From IMG/VR virus record IMGVR_UViG_3300042402_003388, positions 36,551 through 100,550 of that record: 64,000 nt of DNA; one strand, given 5' to 3'. The notes beneath the pieces were generated by a model. It was not told the DNA's origin, ran no database searches, and was given only the letters and a program-made list of their open reading frames with translations. The translations under genes were made by a program, and so were the position numbers. This document shows positions 34,287 to 45,296 of the stretch, one piece after another; within the stretch, counting starts at the first letter, position 1, and each line of letters starts with the position of its first letter. The DNA is from a virus.

Positions 34287-35572
34287 TGGCAAAGTTTAAA
34301 TTAGACGCTAAAGAAGCTATAGATTACGGTCCAGGACGTGAAAGAATGAATCCTGATTTAGAAAATAAACTTAGAACACAAACGACAAGTTTATCAAAAA
34401 ACCCTGCATTCCCTGATGTGGATAAAAATGGTGTTCCTGATAATTTTGAGGAGTTAGTTGCATCTAAAAGATTTAAAGATGTTGTTGAAAAAGTAAAACG
34501 TTATACTGGTATGGAAGACATATCAGGTCAAAACGCCTTTATGCAATTACAGAGAGCTTTAATGGGTGCGGTTCAAAGAGTTATGCAAATAGAGTCTCAA
34601 AATAAAGAATATCTTGAGAAATTAGCGGTTGACTTAGTTATTAAAGAAATGGGGATTCCTGATGGGTCTTTCCAATTTGATGCCAAATTAGTTGGTATGG
34701 GAGGTATCGACCAAAGTAGATTCCAACAACAAGGTGAAGAACCTGAAGAAGAAGAGATTGAACAACAATTCGGTAGTCAAGACGCTGAAGAAGATTTGGA
34801 CGATTTTATGACTGCAATGGAGAAGTTTGACTTAGAGAAAGCTAAACGTAGATTCATTAACGCATTAATTCAAGGGTCGTCTAAAAAAGGTCATTATATG
34901 TTTGAATTGGTTAGAGCCGAGTTGAACAGAATTGACCCTCAGTTGTTAAACTTATATGGTGTTTTAATGTCAATTAACGATTTAGTTTATTGGTTAATGC
35001 CTGACGAAGCCGTTCAAATGATGGCGGGTAACCCATCAAGTATGGCGGGTAAAGAAGAGGTTGATGATACTACTGACCCACCAACAATTAAAGCGAGAGG
35101 ATTATTCTTCCCTGTTTTAATTCACGAACTTATTAAAGGGGTTATGGAGGTTTTTGGTACTCACGGATTACCAGACGACCCTAAATCACAACAAATGATT
35201 ATGGGAAGTACTGATACTCTACCTAACGAGATTTGGGACTTAAGATTAGGACCTGTTATTTGGGAGAAATTCTCTCAAGCATATCCTATGGAAGTCTTTG
35301 ATGAAGATAAAAAACATATCCAACACTACCTGTTCGCTAGATTTTCAGCGTTAGATTCAAAACAGTTTTTTGAAGTTGCGAAACAAATATTATCAGGAGA
35401 CCCTAAAGGTGAGAAATTCTTACAAGATATGGTTAGAGATATTATCACTGATTTGAAAAAACGTGATTTAGAAGATTCATTAGGAAGTTATGATGACGAC
35501 TATGGTGATGACGACGACGATGACGGTTTAGATGATTTCTTAGGTGGCTTGGGTATCTCAAGACCTAAGTAA
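34286..35572 (+). CDS. conserved hypothetical protein upstream of terminase
   Basis: 428-aa ORF, HELIKG motif. Confidence 0.75.
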   Translation: MAKFKLDAKEAIDYGPGRERMNPDLENKLRTQTTSLSKNPAFPDVDKNGVPDNFEELVASKRFKDVVEKVKRYTGMEDISGQNAFMQLQRALMGAVQRVMQIESQNKEYLEKLAVDLVIKEMGIPDGSFQFDAKLVGMGGIDQSRFQQQGEEPEEEEIEQQFGSQDAEEDLDDFMTAMEKFDLEKAKRRFINALIQGSSKKGHYMFELVRAELNRIDPQLLNLYGVLMSINDLVYWLMPDEAVQMMAGNPSSMAGKEEVDDTTDPPTIKARGLFFPVLIHELIKGVMEVFGTHGLPDDPKSQQMIMGSTDTLPNEIWDLRLGPVIWEKFSQAYPMEVFDEDKKHIQHYLFARFSALDSKQFFEVAKQILSGDPKGEKFLQDMVRDIITDLKKRDLEDSLGSYDDDYGDDDDDDGLDDFLGGLGISRPK

Positions 35573-35575
35573 TTT

Positions 35576-37342
35576 ATGGCTTTTACAAGAGAACAATTAA
35601 TATTAGAATATACTAAGTGCGTAAAGAATACTCCTTACGCACTTAAAACTTATTTACAGACCTATGACAATACTGTATCTCAGTATGTCCCCTTGGAGTT
35701 ATTTCCCGACCAAGTAACCTTATTAGAGGATTACGAAAATTACAATGAAAATATTGCGTTAAAATACAGACAAGCAGGAGTATCTACAGTTACCGCTGCT
35801 TGGGCGTCAAAACGTTTAGTATTTGCATCTAAGAAAAAACCTGAAAAAATTCTAATCATTGCCAACAAATTGGACACTGCAGTTGAAATGGCTAATAAGA
35901 TTAGAGGTTTCACAGAACAATGGCCTAATTGGACTGGTGTGGGGTTTTCAAGTGAAAAAAATTCACAAAGACATTATAAGTTAACTAACGGATGTGAAGT
36001 TAAAGCGGTTGCAACATCACGAGATGCCTTAAGGGGTTATACCCCAACAATTCTTGTATTTGACGAGGCCGCATATATTGAAGCCGATGGTGATTTTTGG
36101 GCTGCTTGTATGGCGTCCCTATCTACAGGGGGTAAAGTTATTGTGGTATCAACACCTAACGGTTATGACCCAATTTATTACGAAATATATGACCAAGCAT
36201 TACGAGGAATGAATGAATTCAAAATTTCGGAGATGTATTGGTTTAAAGACCCAAGATATACTAAAGATTTAAAATTACTAAAAGTAGAAGACCTAATTCA
36301 TTATTACTTAAATCGAGAAGAATATAAGGAAATTGATACGATAGATTATTCGGAAACAGACCCTAGATTAAGAGATTTTGACGAAATAAAACAAAAACTT
36401 GCCGATGGATATAAACCTACTTCAAGTTGGTTTGAGGGGATGGTTAAGAAATTAAAATACGATAAACGTAAAGTATCTCAGGAGTTAGAATGTAACTTTT
36501 TAGGTTCAGGGGATAACGTATTTGATTCAAAACAATTACAGGATATCCATCAAAATATGTTAAAAGAACCTACCAACAGAATGATGGGAGGTGCATTATG
36601 GATGTGGAAAGAACCCGTTGAAGGTCATAAGTATATTATGGGGGTCGACGTATCAAGAGGGGATTCTGAGGATTTTACTTCTATGATTATTATCGATTTT
36701 GATGAAAGAGAACAAGTATTAGAATATATCGGTAAAATCCCACCCGATGTTGCTGCCGAGATTGCCTATAAATGGGCGATGATGTATAGTGCCTTTGTAG
36801 TGATTGATATCACAGGTGGTATGGGTGTTTCAACCGCAAGAAAATTACAAGAGATGAATTATAAGAACTTGTATATTGATGGGGTTGAAATGGGTAATAA
36901 ATGGAAATATGACCCTAAGGCGTTAGATAAGATTCCAGGGTTAAACTTTAATAATAAAAGGGTTCAGATAATTTCTTCTTTTGAAGAATCTATGAGACAC
37001 GGATTTAAAATCTACAGTAATAGACTCTTTAATGAGATGAATACCTTTGTGTATATAAACGGAAGACCTGACCACCAAAAAGGTCATCACGATGACTTGA
37101 TTATGGCGATTGCTATGGCAACGTATGTTGGTGAGAATTCATTTAATCAGTTGACTAAAGTTACCGAACAAACTAAGGCGATGTTAAGTTCTTGGACGGT
37201 AAATAATAATGAAGAGATTGGTAAACAGGTTTCATTTAATCCTGTAATTCCCGCGGGAATCCCAAATCATCAGAATTATTCTAACGAGGCCACTAAAAAT
37301 GATTATCAAAAATATTTATGGTTGTTCGGTAGGTCGAGATAA
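35576..37342 (+). CDS. terL: terminase large subunit (gp17-like)
   Basis: KYRQAGVST Walker A, VFDEAA, STPNG, GVDVSRG, HDDLIMA. Confidence 0.95.
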   Translation: MAFTREQLILEYTKCVKNTPYALKTYLQTYDNTVSQYVPLELFPDQVTLLEDYENYNENIALKYRQAGVSTVTAAWASKRLVFASKKKPEKILIIANKLDTAVEMANKIRGFTEQWPNWTGVGFSSEKNSQRHYKLTNGCEVKAVATSRDALRGYTPTILVFDEAAYIEADGDFWAACMASLSTGGKVIVVSTPNGYDPIYYEIYDQALRGMNEFKISEMYWFKDPRYTKDLKLLKVEDLIHYYLNREEYKEIDTIDYSETDPRLRDFDEIKQKLADGYKPTSSWFEGMVKKLKYDKRKVSQELECNFLGSGDNVFDSKQLQDIHQNMLKEPTNRMMGGALWMWKEPVEGHKYIMGVDVSRGDSEDFTSMIIIDFDEREQVLEYIGKIPPDVAAEIAYKWAMMYSAFVVIDITGGMGVSTARKLQEMNYKNLYIDGVEMGNKWKYDPKALDKIPGLNFNNKRVQIISSFEESMRHGFKIYSNRLFNEMNTFVYINGRPDHQKGHHDDLIMAIAMATYVGENSFNQLTKVTEQTKAMLSSWTVNNNEEIGKQVSFNPVIPAGIPNHQNYSNEATKNDYQKYLWLFGRSR

Positions 37343-37378
37343 TGTTTATATATTTTTAAATTATACTAAATTTTAATT

Positions 37379-39223
37379 ATGAGTAATGAAAATAAAGATT
37401 TAACGGTTTGGCAGAGGTTATCACAGACCTTTGGTCCTAATTCTTTGATGAATCAGGATTACCCCGTTTTTAAGTACGATAAGAAAGAGTTATTAAAAAC
37501 AACAAATGCACAAGAATATGAAAAGGCTAAATTACAAGCCCAACAAACATTCTACCTTGCAAATCAGTGGACTAAAATAGAAAACAACCTATACAGTCAA
37601 GGGGTTTATTTTGAACCAACAAGATTGGCGTCGTATTACGACTACGAATCTATGGAGTATACTCCTGAAATTTCGGCAGCGTTAGACATTTATGCTGAAG
37701 AATCTACAACTGCAGACCAAAACGGTTTTATCTTACAAATATACTCAGAATCAAAACGTATTAAATCAGTATTAGCCGATTTATTTAACAATGTGTTAGA
37801 TATTAACACTAACCTTGCGATGTGGACTAGAAACACTTGTAAGTACGGTGATAACTTTGTTTATCTTAAATTAGACCCTGAGAAAGGAATTGTTGGATGT
37901 ATGCAATTACCTAACATTGAGATTGAAAGGGTTGAGAGAGGTATGAAAGGTAAATCTAACTTAGATAGTGGAGAAAGTGAACAAAAAGCTCTTGCGTTCA
38001 ATTGGAAGAATAAAGATATGTCGTTTAACACGTGGGAAATTGCTCACTTTAGATTGTTAGGTGATGATAGAAAACTACCTTACGGTACTTCTATGTTGGA
38101 AAAGGCAAGACGTATTTGGAAACAATTATTGTTATCTGAAGACGCAATGTTAATTTATCGTACATCAAGAGCACCTGAAAGAAGAATCTTCAAAGTGTTT
38201 GTTGGTAATATGGATGATAAAGATGTTGAAGCTTATGTACAACGTGTCGCTAACAAATTTAAAAGAGACCAAGTCGTTGACCACAAAACTGGTAACGTTG
38301 ATATGAGGTTTAACCAAATGGCGGTTGACCAAGATTACTTCGTACCTGTTCGTGACCCTGCAGCTCCAAATCCTATTGACACATTACCTGGTGCTCAGAA
38401 CCTTTCTGAGATTGCAGATATTGAATATATCCAAAAGAAATTATTAACGGCTCTTCGTGTTCCTAAAGCATTTTTAGGGTTTGAAGAAGTTGTTGGTGAT
38501 GGTAAAAACTTATCATTACAAGACATCCGTTTTGCAAGAACTATTAATAGAATTCAAAAAAGTATGTTAGCGGAACTTAATAAAGTTGCTATTATACATT
38601 TATTTTTATTAGGGTTTGAAGACGAATTATCTAACTTTACGTTAACATTATCGAATCCATCGACACAAGCGGATTTATTAAAAATTGATGTTTGGAAGGA
38701 AAAGATTTTACTATATAAAGACGCGGTTACCGCTATTGAGGGTATTGCACCTGTATCCGTATCGTGGGCTAAGAAACACGTTTTAGGTTTCTCAGATGAG
38801 GATATTAGATTAGATTTACAACAACAAAGACTTGAAAAAGCGGTATCTAAAGAACTTGAAAATACCCCAACAGTAATTGTTAAAACAGGTATTTTTGACA
38901 ACATAGATAAACTATATGGTAGTACTTCAGGTTCTACCGCACCTGCGGGTGGTGAAGGGGCTGGCACCGAAGAAGGTGGGTTGACACCTCCATCTGATTT
39001 AGGTGGTGGAGCACCTCCATCGGATTTAGGCGGTGGAACACCTCCAGCTGGTGGTGAAGGGGAAGTTACTCCTGAGTCGGTTAAACGAGATAACCTTAAT
39101 ATTTTATTAGAATCTCAAGATATGTTAACTGAGGATAGTTATATTGATTTATCTAAAGGACAAGATTATTTAGGAGATATTTCAGATGAATTGGACAAAC
39201 TATTAAATAAGAGATATTTATAA
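37379..39223 (+). CDS. portal protein (gp20-like)
   Basis: EDAMLIYRTSRAPERRIF, DTLPGAQNL, LRVPKAFL. Confidence 0.95.
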   Translation: MSNENKDLTVWQRLSQTFGPNSLMNQDYPVFKYDKKELLKTTNAQEYEKAKLQAQQTFYLANQWTKIENNLYSQGVYFEPTRLASYYDYESMEYTPEISAALDIYAEESTTADQNGFILQIYSESKRIKSVLADLFNNVLDINTNLAMWTRNTCKYGDNFVYLKLDPEKGIVGCMQLPNIEIERVERGMKGKSNLDSGESEQKALAFNWKNKDMSFNTWEIAHFRLLGDDRKLPYGTSMLEKARRIWKQLLLSEDAMLIYRTSRAPERRIFKVFVGNMDDKDVEAYVQRVANKFKRDQVVDHKTGNVDMRFNQMAVDQDYFVPVRDPAAPNPIDTLPGAQNLSEIADIEYIQKKLLTALRVPKAFLGFEEVVGDGKNLSLQDIRFARTINRIQKSMLAELNKVAIIHLFLLGFEDELSNFTLTLSNPSTQADLLKIDVWKEKILLYKDAVTAIEGIAPVSVSWAKKHVLGFSDEDIRLDLQQQRLEKAVSKELENTPTVIVKTGIFDNIDKLYGSTSGSTAPAGGEGAGTEEGGLTPPSDLGGGAPPSDLGGGTPPAGGEGEVTPESVKRDNLNILLESQDMLTEDSYIDLSKGQDYLGDISDELDKLLNKRYL

Positions 39224-39235
39224 GATAAAAAAGAT

Positions 39236-39940
39236 ATGGAATTCGGATTAATCAAATCAAAAATAGAAACAAAACTTGTTGAGTCTTACAAAAAAGATTC
39301 ATTTAATACTGAGATTAAAATGTTTAAAAAATTAGTATTAGAAAATAAAGAAGTTAGTAAGATGTTTTATCTTTACGATGAATTAAGTAAAGAAAAAGGT
39401 TACGAGAAAAGTTTTGCCGACGATTATTTAAACGAATGTATTGATTTGATTGAAAGAGTTAGAATCAATAAAAAATCAATATCATTATTAGAGTCTTGGT
39501 TAAAAGATGTTAAGTCTGAAAATCATTATAAAGATATCGATACTGTAGTTATTAAAAATACAGTTGTTGTTGAAAATATTATTAATAGTAAAAATACTAT
39601 TATTAATAATTTAGTTAAAAAGAAAGACTTAAATAAAATTATCAACGTATCTTATGATACTATGGTTGAGGTTGCAAATAACACTTTAAAAAATTATTTA
39701 GAAACAATTAGTGAATCTGAATTAAAAGAAATTAAAAAATATTCAACCCTATCTCAAACAGAGTTGGATAAAAGATACGAAGTGGTTAGCGAAATGGTTA
39801 TTGAAAAATTAGAGAATTTGTCAATGAATTCTGATTCAACAACCAAAACTAAAATAACGGAAACTATTGAGAAAATTAAAACTGAAAAGATTGATTCAGT
39901 TTCATTATTTAAATTGAAATCTCTTAACGAGACACTTTAA
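39236..39940 (+). CDS. hypothetical protein
   Basis: 234-aa ORF. Confidence 0.75.
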   Translation: MEFGLIKSKIETKLVESYKKDSFNTEIKMFKKLVLENKEVSKMFYLYDELSKEKGYEKSFADDYLNECIDLIERVRINKKSISLLESWLKDVKSENHYKDIDTVVIKNTVVVENIINSKNTIINNLVKKKDLNKIINVSYDTMVEVANNTLKNYLETISESELKEIKKYSTLSQTELDKRYEVVSEMVIEKLENLSMNSDSTTKTKITETIEKIKTEKIDSVSLFKLKSLNETL

Positions 39941-40112
39941 ATTTTTCTTTATAAATCGCACTTATTTTTTGGTCCCTGAGTTTTACTGATTTTTTAGTGA
40001 ACTCTTTCCTATTTCTTAGGATTTCGTTTTGTTTAGTACGGATTACTTTACCCTTAAGAACTTTAAGAGCCTTCTCTAATGGTTGTCGGTTATTTATCTC
40101 TACAATTAACAT
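39924..40112 (-). CDS. rpsU: 30S ribosomal protein bS21
   Basis: MLIVEINNRQPLEKALKVLKGK...RKEFTKKSVKLR...AIY; start at 40112. Confidence 0.88.
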   Translation of the reverse strand: MLIVEINNRQPLEKALKVLKGKVIRTKQNEILRNRKEFTKKSVKLRDQKISAIYKEKFKVSR

Positions 40113-40207
40113 ATAATACAAATATTTCAAAGTTACATAAAGTTTTTGACAAGACAAGAATTATTACTTATTTTTATAAAAAATAAACTTGAACAATATG
40201 AAACAGA

Positions 40208-40651
40208 ATGAAAAAAGGGAAAAGTGCGAAACTATCGGGTTATCGTTCCTACAAAGTTAATTATGGTACTGTCGATTCGAAAAACCTAAAATCAATTTAT
40301 CTAAACATCCAAACTTGGGCAGAACCAAAAGAAGAAATCGAATCCCCAAATAGAGAAGTAAATAATCTATCAAGGTCAATTAAACACACCGTATTAGAGT
40401 ATATTGACAAAGAAATTTATGACGATAAATTTATTGTTGATTTAGACTTAAGGTGTAGTGGGATTCAAAAAAACAAAAAATCATTTTTAAATTTAGAATG
40501 TTACTTTTACCTAAATGAGGTGGGAATAGACTTTAAAAGTAAGGAAATTAAAAATTCAATTAAAAAAGTGACAGATTCAATTATCAAAAATAACTTCAGA
40601 GACAATGACATATTCAAGTTCTCATTAACAAAAAAACAAACGGTTTTATAA
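40208..40651 (+). CDS. hypothetical protein
   Basis: 147-aa ORF. Confidence 0.75.
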   Translation: MKKGKSAKLSGYRSYKVNYGTVDSKNLKSIYLNIQTWAEPKEEIESPNREVNNLSRSIKHTVLEYIDKEIYDDKFIVDLDLRCSGIQKNKKSFLNLECYFYLNEVGIDFKSKEIKNSIKKVTDSIIKNNFRDNDIFKFSLTKKQTVL

Positions 40652-40701
40652 AATACGGACCAATACTATATTATCGGTATATTTATTTGTAAACAAAAAA
40701 G

Positions 40702-41430
40702 ATGAAAGTATTAGCACCAAATGAATCAGGTAAGGGAATTCTGATTGAGTACGACGCGGGTTATGTGTCACCATCAGATACTCATAACGCTGAGATTATT
40801 AAGGAATCTAAAAATACATTAGACCACTCAAAACCATTTGAGTTCTATGCAGTATTACAAAAATATAATACCCCTAATAGAAATGGGAGAGTATATCCTG
40901 AACGAATATTAAAAAGAGAGGCGGAGAACTATAAAAAAGCAATTGCAAAAGGAACTTCGTTATCTGAATTAAATCACCCTGAATCATCATTAATTGATTT
41001 AGATAGAGTTTCTCATATTATCACTGAAGTGTGGTGGGAAGGTAATGTATTGATGGGTAAATTAAAACTATTAACTTCGCCAGGTTTTCACGAAAGAGGA
41101 ATTGTATCCACTAAAGGAGATATGGCTGCCAACTACCTAAGACAAGGAGTTACTTTAGGTATTTCATCAAGAGGTGTTGGGTCATTGGCTAAGAAAGGGG
41201 AACAAAACGAAGTACAAGACGATTTTGAATTAATCTGTTTTGACTTAGTATCTTCACCATCAACACCAGGGGCGTATTTATTCTTAAACGCTGAGGATAG
41301 AAGTAAGTATGATGAGAATCTTGACGAAGAAAAACAAATGCAGATGTCAAGGGCGACAGGTATGAGTACAGATTCAGGAAACAAATCGCTTGACTTAATG
41401 AAAAAATTATCCGATTATTTGGGTAAATAA
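40702..41430 (+). CDS. prohead core protease (gp21-like)
   Basis: NRNGRVYP, ELNHP, GISSRGVGS, FDLVSSPSTPGA. Confidence 0.95.
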   Translation: MKVLAPNESGKGILIEYDAGYVSPSDTHNAEIIKESKNTLDHSKPFEFYAVLQKYNTPNRNGRVYPERILKREAENYKKAIAKGTSLSELNHPESSLIDLDRVSHIITEVWWEGNVLMGKLKLLTSPGFHERGIVSTKGDMAANYLRQGVTLGISSRGVGSLAKKGEQNEVQDDFELICFDLVSSPSTPGAYLFLNAEDRSKYDENLDEEKQMQMSRATGMSTDSGNKSLDLMKKLSDYLGK

Positions 41431-41436
41431 AAATTT

Positions 41437-41655
41437 ATGGAAATGGACGAAAAGTATTTTGTAGCAAAAATTCAGTATGATTTACCTGATGAGAACACTG
41501 GTAAGATTAAAAAAATCAGAGAAGAAAAATTAGTAAAAGGTTTTTCCGTAACAGACGTAGAGGCCAAAGTTACTAAACGATATGAGTCATTCTCTCAAGA
41601 ATGGAGAATCACATCGGTTTCTGAAAGTAAAATCGACGAAGTAATTGAAGATTAA
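41437..41655 (+). CDS. DUF4494-like small protein
   Basis: YFVAKIQY...GKIKKIREEKLV...VTDVEAKV. Confidence 0.6.
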   Translation: MEMDEKYFVAKIQYDLPDENTGKIKKIREEKLVKGFSVTDVEAKVTKRYESFSQEWRITSVSESKIDEVIED

Positions 41656-41846
41656 TCATTAGAAGAAATTATTTAAAAGGAGGACAATAGTCCTCCTTTT
41701 TTTGTTTTTGGCAATATTTATTAGTTGTATTAAAATATACTTTTTTCATCAAATAAACCCCTAATCAAAAAAAATTTAATTTAACAAACTATAAAGTTAA
41801 GTTTTTTAATGATTTGGAAATATTTATATACAAATAAAAAAGAATA

Positions 41847-43370
41847 ATGGCAGAAAAACAAAATCTTGTAGAAGAGGCACTTATCCAAATGAAAAGTTTG
41901 GAGAATGTAGTTGCTGAAAATGCAAAAGGAATACTTGCTTCAACAATGAAGGAAGAAATCAGCGAATTAGTAAAAGAGTCTTTAACTGAGACTGAAGAAG
42001 ATTCCAACCTAGATTTAGATATGTCTTATGGTCAAGACCTTGAGGAAGCAGATGATGACGACTTAGAGTTTGACGATATGGATGACATTGAAGATGACGA
42101 GGATATGGATGATAATATGTCAATGGACGATACAGATGAATTTGATTCAGATGATGAGTTCGAGTTTGGTTCTGATGATGATTCATTAGTTGACTTAACA
42201 AACGCTAGCGACGAAGAAATCCTTAAAGTTTTTAAAGCTATGGGTGACGAAGACGGTATCATTGTAAAGAAAGACGGTGGAACAATCGATTTAGAAGATT
42301 CAAACGACGACGTACATTATAAAATTTCATTAGGTGAAGAAACTGAAAACCCGTTTGAAAAGGGTAATAGTAGTTTTGAAGACTCTAACGAAATGGAAGA
42401 AGATATGATGTATGAAATCTCATTAGATGATGATATGGAAGATGATTGGTCAGAAATTGATATGGATTTTTCAGATGAAGACGATGTAAATTCGGATGAA
42501 TTCAGTTTTAATCTTGATGATGATTCTGATGACGATTTCTTATCATCATTTAACGACTTCGAAGAAGAAGGAGATGGTGAAGAAGAAGAAATTGTTTACG
42601 AAATCGAAATGGATGATAACTCTCAAGAAATTGATGCAGTTGCTGAAGAATGGTCAGAAGAAGCTGACATTGAAAAAATGGAAACAAAAGAAGGATTCAA
42701 AGCTAAAGGAGTAGGAATGGGTAAACCTAAGTTCGGTTACAAAAAGACTACTGGTGGTTTTAAAGAAAATATGAAACACGGTAATCCTACAAAAGGAACA
42801 GGTAAACCTAAGTTTGAATTTAAAGAAGAAGACGAAATGGAACCAACCAAAATGGGTGGTGAAACAGGAGAGGCTTCAAGAACTTTAGGAACAGGTAAAT
42901 ATTTCGGTAAGAAAGGTCTACCAAAACCAAAAGCAGCACCACAACACTTAAGAGTAGAATCTGTAAACAATAAAGAATTACAAGTACTTAGAGAAAGAAA
43001 CGAAGAGTACAGAAAAGCTTTAAACGTTTTCAGAACTAAATTAAATGAGGTGGCAGTATTCAACTCAAACTTAGCATACGCTACTAGATTGTTCACAGAA
43101 CACTCAACAACTAAACAGGAAAAAATCAACATCTTAAGAAGATTTGATTCTGTTGAATCTTTAAAAGAGTCAAAATCTCTTTATAAAACAATAAAAGATG
43201 AATTAGGTAACCAAGGTTCTGCTACTGTAGTAAAAGAGTCTTTACAAGAGAAAATCGAAAGAAGTCCAGCTTCAGGTTCAGCAGTTAACTTAATGGAATC
43301 TAAAACATACGAAAATCCTCAATTCTTAAGAATGAAGGATTTGATGACGAAAATGAACGTCGTTAAATAA
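41847..43370 (+). CDS. prohead scaffolding/core protein
   Basis: Very acidic, C-terminal coiled coil, between protease and capsid genes. Confidence 0.8.
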   Translation: MAEKQNLVEEALIQMKSLENVVAENAKGILASTMKEEISELVKESLTETEEDSNLDLDMSYGQDLEEADDDDLEFDDMDDIEDDEDMDDNMSMDDTDEFDSDDEFEFGSDDDSLVDLTNASDEEILKVFKAMGDEDGIIVKKDGGTIDLEDSNDDVHYKISLGEETENPFEKGNSSFEDSNEMEEDMMYEISLDDDMEDDWSEIDMDFSDEDDVNSDEFSFNLDDDSDDDFLSSFNDFEEEGDGEEEEIVYEIEMDDNSQEIDAVAEEWSEEADIEKMETKEGFKAKGVGMGKPKFGYKKTTGGFKENMKHGNPTKGTGKPKFEFKEEDEMEPTKMGGETGEASRTLGTGKYFGKKGLPKPKAAPQHLRVESVNNKELQVLRERNEEYRKALNVFRTKLNEVAVFNSNLAYATRLFTEHSTTKQEKINILRRFDSVESLKESKSLYKTIKDELGNQGSATVVKESLQEKIERSPASGSAVNLMESKTYENPQFLRMKDLMTKMNVVK

Positions 43371-43401
43371 ATAAAATAAAATTTAAAAAACAAATACTAA
43401 A

Positions 43402-45213
43402 ATGGGAGCATTATTAGAATCAGGTCTTGTTGGTAACATCGGGTTAAAACACCTTAAAGTTATCAAAGAAGATACAATCAACAAATGGGATAAATTAGGA
43501 TTCCTAGAAGGCCTTAAAGGTCACCTAAAAGAGAACGTAGCTCAGTTATATGAAAACCAAGCTTCTTTCTTAATCAACGAAGCGTCTTCAACGGATTCAT
43601 CAGGTTCTTTCGAAACTGTTGTATTCCCAATCGTTAGACGTGTATTCTCTAAATTATTAGCGAATGATATCGTTTCTGTACAAGCTATGAACTTACCAAT
43701 CGGTAAATTGTTCTACTTCGTACCTAAAATTCAAGGTTACACAGGTGGTACTGCGAACAAATCAGGTGAGCACTACGCTCCAATTGGTTCTCCAGGTAAC
43801 TATCCAGGTAATCAAAACGCTGGTTACACAGGTTCAGGAGCTTACGCTAAAAACCTTTACGATTTATTCTACGAAGGTGCAGAACCAACTTTAAACCCTG
43901 CAGGTCTTTTTGATTATTCAAAAGGTCAATGGTCAGCAATCACTGCAACAACAACTGTACAAGTATGGTCTGATGGTGCTTTAGTTGACGCTACAACTCA
44001 ATTTAACGGTACTAACGTTAGAAAGATGATTGTTAAAATGTGTGGTTTCTACGATAACGGTGTAGGTAAATTAATGGGACCTGACGGTTCTGAGATTGAT
44101 ACTGAAACTTTCTTATCAGACTTACACATCATCGCAGGTACAGGTTTAACTGCAGTTTCAGGATGTACTGACACAACTGCATCAGCTTTACCATTCAGAG
44201 TTGTTACACAACAATACGGTAAAGGTATCGTTGCACCAACATCAACTCCAACACCAACTACTTGGCCAAACGGTAACGGTGGAACTTACGATAGTATCTG
44301 TTCTCAAGACGGATGTATCTATTTAGAAGTTGACTTACAATGTCCAGTATGTGCTACTTGTGGAGCTGACTCTTTAGATGGTTACACAGGTACTTCTATC
44401 ACATCTGCAGTTGCAGGAACTTCATTCATCGCTGTTTTCAGACGTTATGAAGAATTAGAATTTGAAGATAAAATCGGTGAGGTTTCTTTCGACTTAGAAT
44501 CTGTTACAGTTTCTGTTACTGAAAGAAAATTAAGAGCACAATGGTCTCCTGAGTTAGCTCAAGACGTTGCGGCATTCCACAACATCGATGCTGAAGCTGA
44601 ATTAACGGCTTTATTATCTGAACAAGTTGCTGCTGAGATTGACCGTGAAATTTTACGTGACTTACGTAAAGGTGCGGCTTGGTCTTTACGTTGGGACTAC
44701 AACGGATGGAAGAGATTATCTCAAACTACATCTTACACACAAAAAGATTGGAACCAAACTTTGATTACTGCAATCAACCAAGTTTCGGCTCAAATCCACA
44801 AATCAACATTAAGAGGTGGGGCTAACTGGATTGTTGTTTCTTCTGAGATTTCAGCTATCTTCGACGATTTAGAATACTTCCACGTATCTAACGCGGCTCC
44901 AGACCAAGACCAATACAATATGGGTATTGAAAGAGTTGGTACTTTAGCAGGTCGTTACCAAGTTTACCGTGACCCTTACTTCCCAGCTAACACAGTGTTA
45001 ATGGGACACAAAGGAACATCATTGTTAGACACAGGTTACATCTACGCACCGTACGTACCTCTACAATTAACTCCTACAATGTACAATCCATTTAACTTCA
45101 CACCTATCAAAGGTATTATGACAAGATACGCTAAGAAAATGGTTAACAACCGTTTCTATGGTAAAATCACTGTCGATGGAGTTAGAACATTTGACTTACA
45201 AGAGTTAAGATAA
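43402..45213 (+). CDS. major capsid protein (gp23-like)
   Basis: VSVQAMNLP, RKLRAQWSPELAQD, EIDREI, YAPYVPL, GIMTRY; terminator 45235-45265. Confidence 0.97.
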   Translation: MGALLESGLVGNIGLKHLKVIKEDTINKWDKLGFLEGLKGHLKENVAQLYENQASFLINEASSTDSSGSFETVVFPIVRRVFSKLLANDIVSVQAMNLPIGKLFYFVPKIQGYTGGTANKSGEHYAPIGSPGNYPGNQNAGYTGSGAYAKNLYDLFYEGAEPTLNPAGLFDYSKGQWSAITATTTVQVWSDGALVDATTQFNGTNVRKMIVKMCGFYDNGVGKLMGPDGSEIDTETFLSDLHIIAGTGLTAVSGCTDTTASALPFRVVTQQYGKGIVAPTSTPTPTTWPNGNGGTYDSICSQDGCIYLEVDLQCPVCATCGADSLDGYTGTSITSAVAGTSFIAVFRRYEELEFEDKIGEVSFDLESVTVSVTERKLRAQWSPELAQDVAAFHNIDAEAELTALLSEQVAAEIDREILRDLRKGAAWSLRWDYNGWKRLSQTTSYTQKDWNQTLITAINQVSAQIHKSTLRGGANWIVVSSEISAIFDDLEYFHVSNAAPDQDQYNMGIERVGTLAGRYQVYRDPYFPANTVLMGHKGTSLLDTGYIYAPYVPLQLTPTMYNPFNFTPIKGIMTRYAKKMVNNRFYGKITVDGVRTFDLQELR

Positions 45214-45296
45214 TCATTATCTTGATTAATACTGAAAAAGGGAACCATTATGGTTCCCTTTTTTTATTTTTTGAATATTTATATATAAAAAACTTT

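Noticed and set aside
35576-45213. Inteins or introns in terminase, portal or capsid genes
   Set aside because: Reading frames continuous, lengths ordinary, no intein splice motifs
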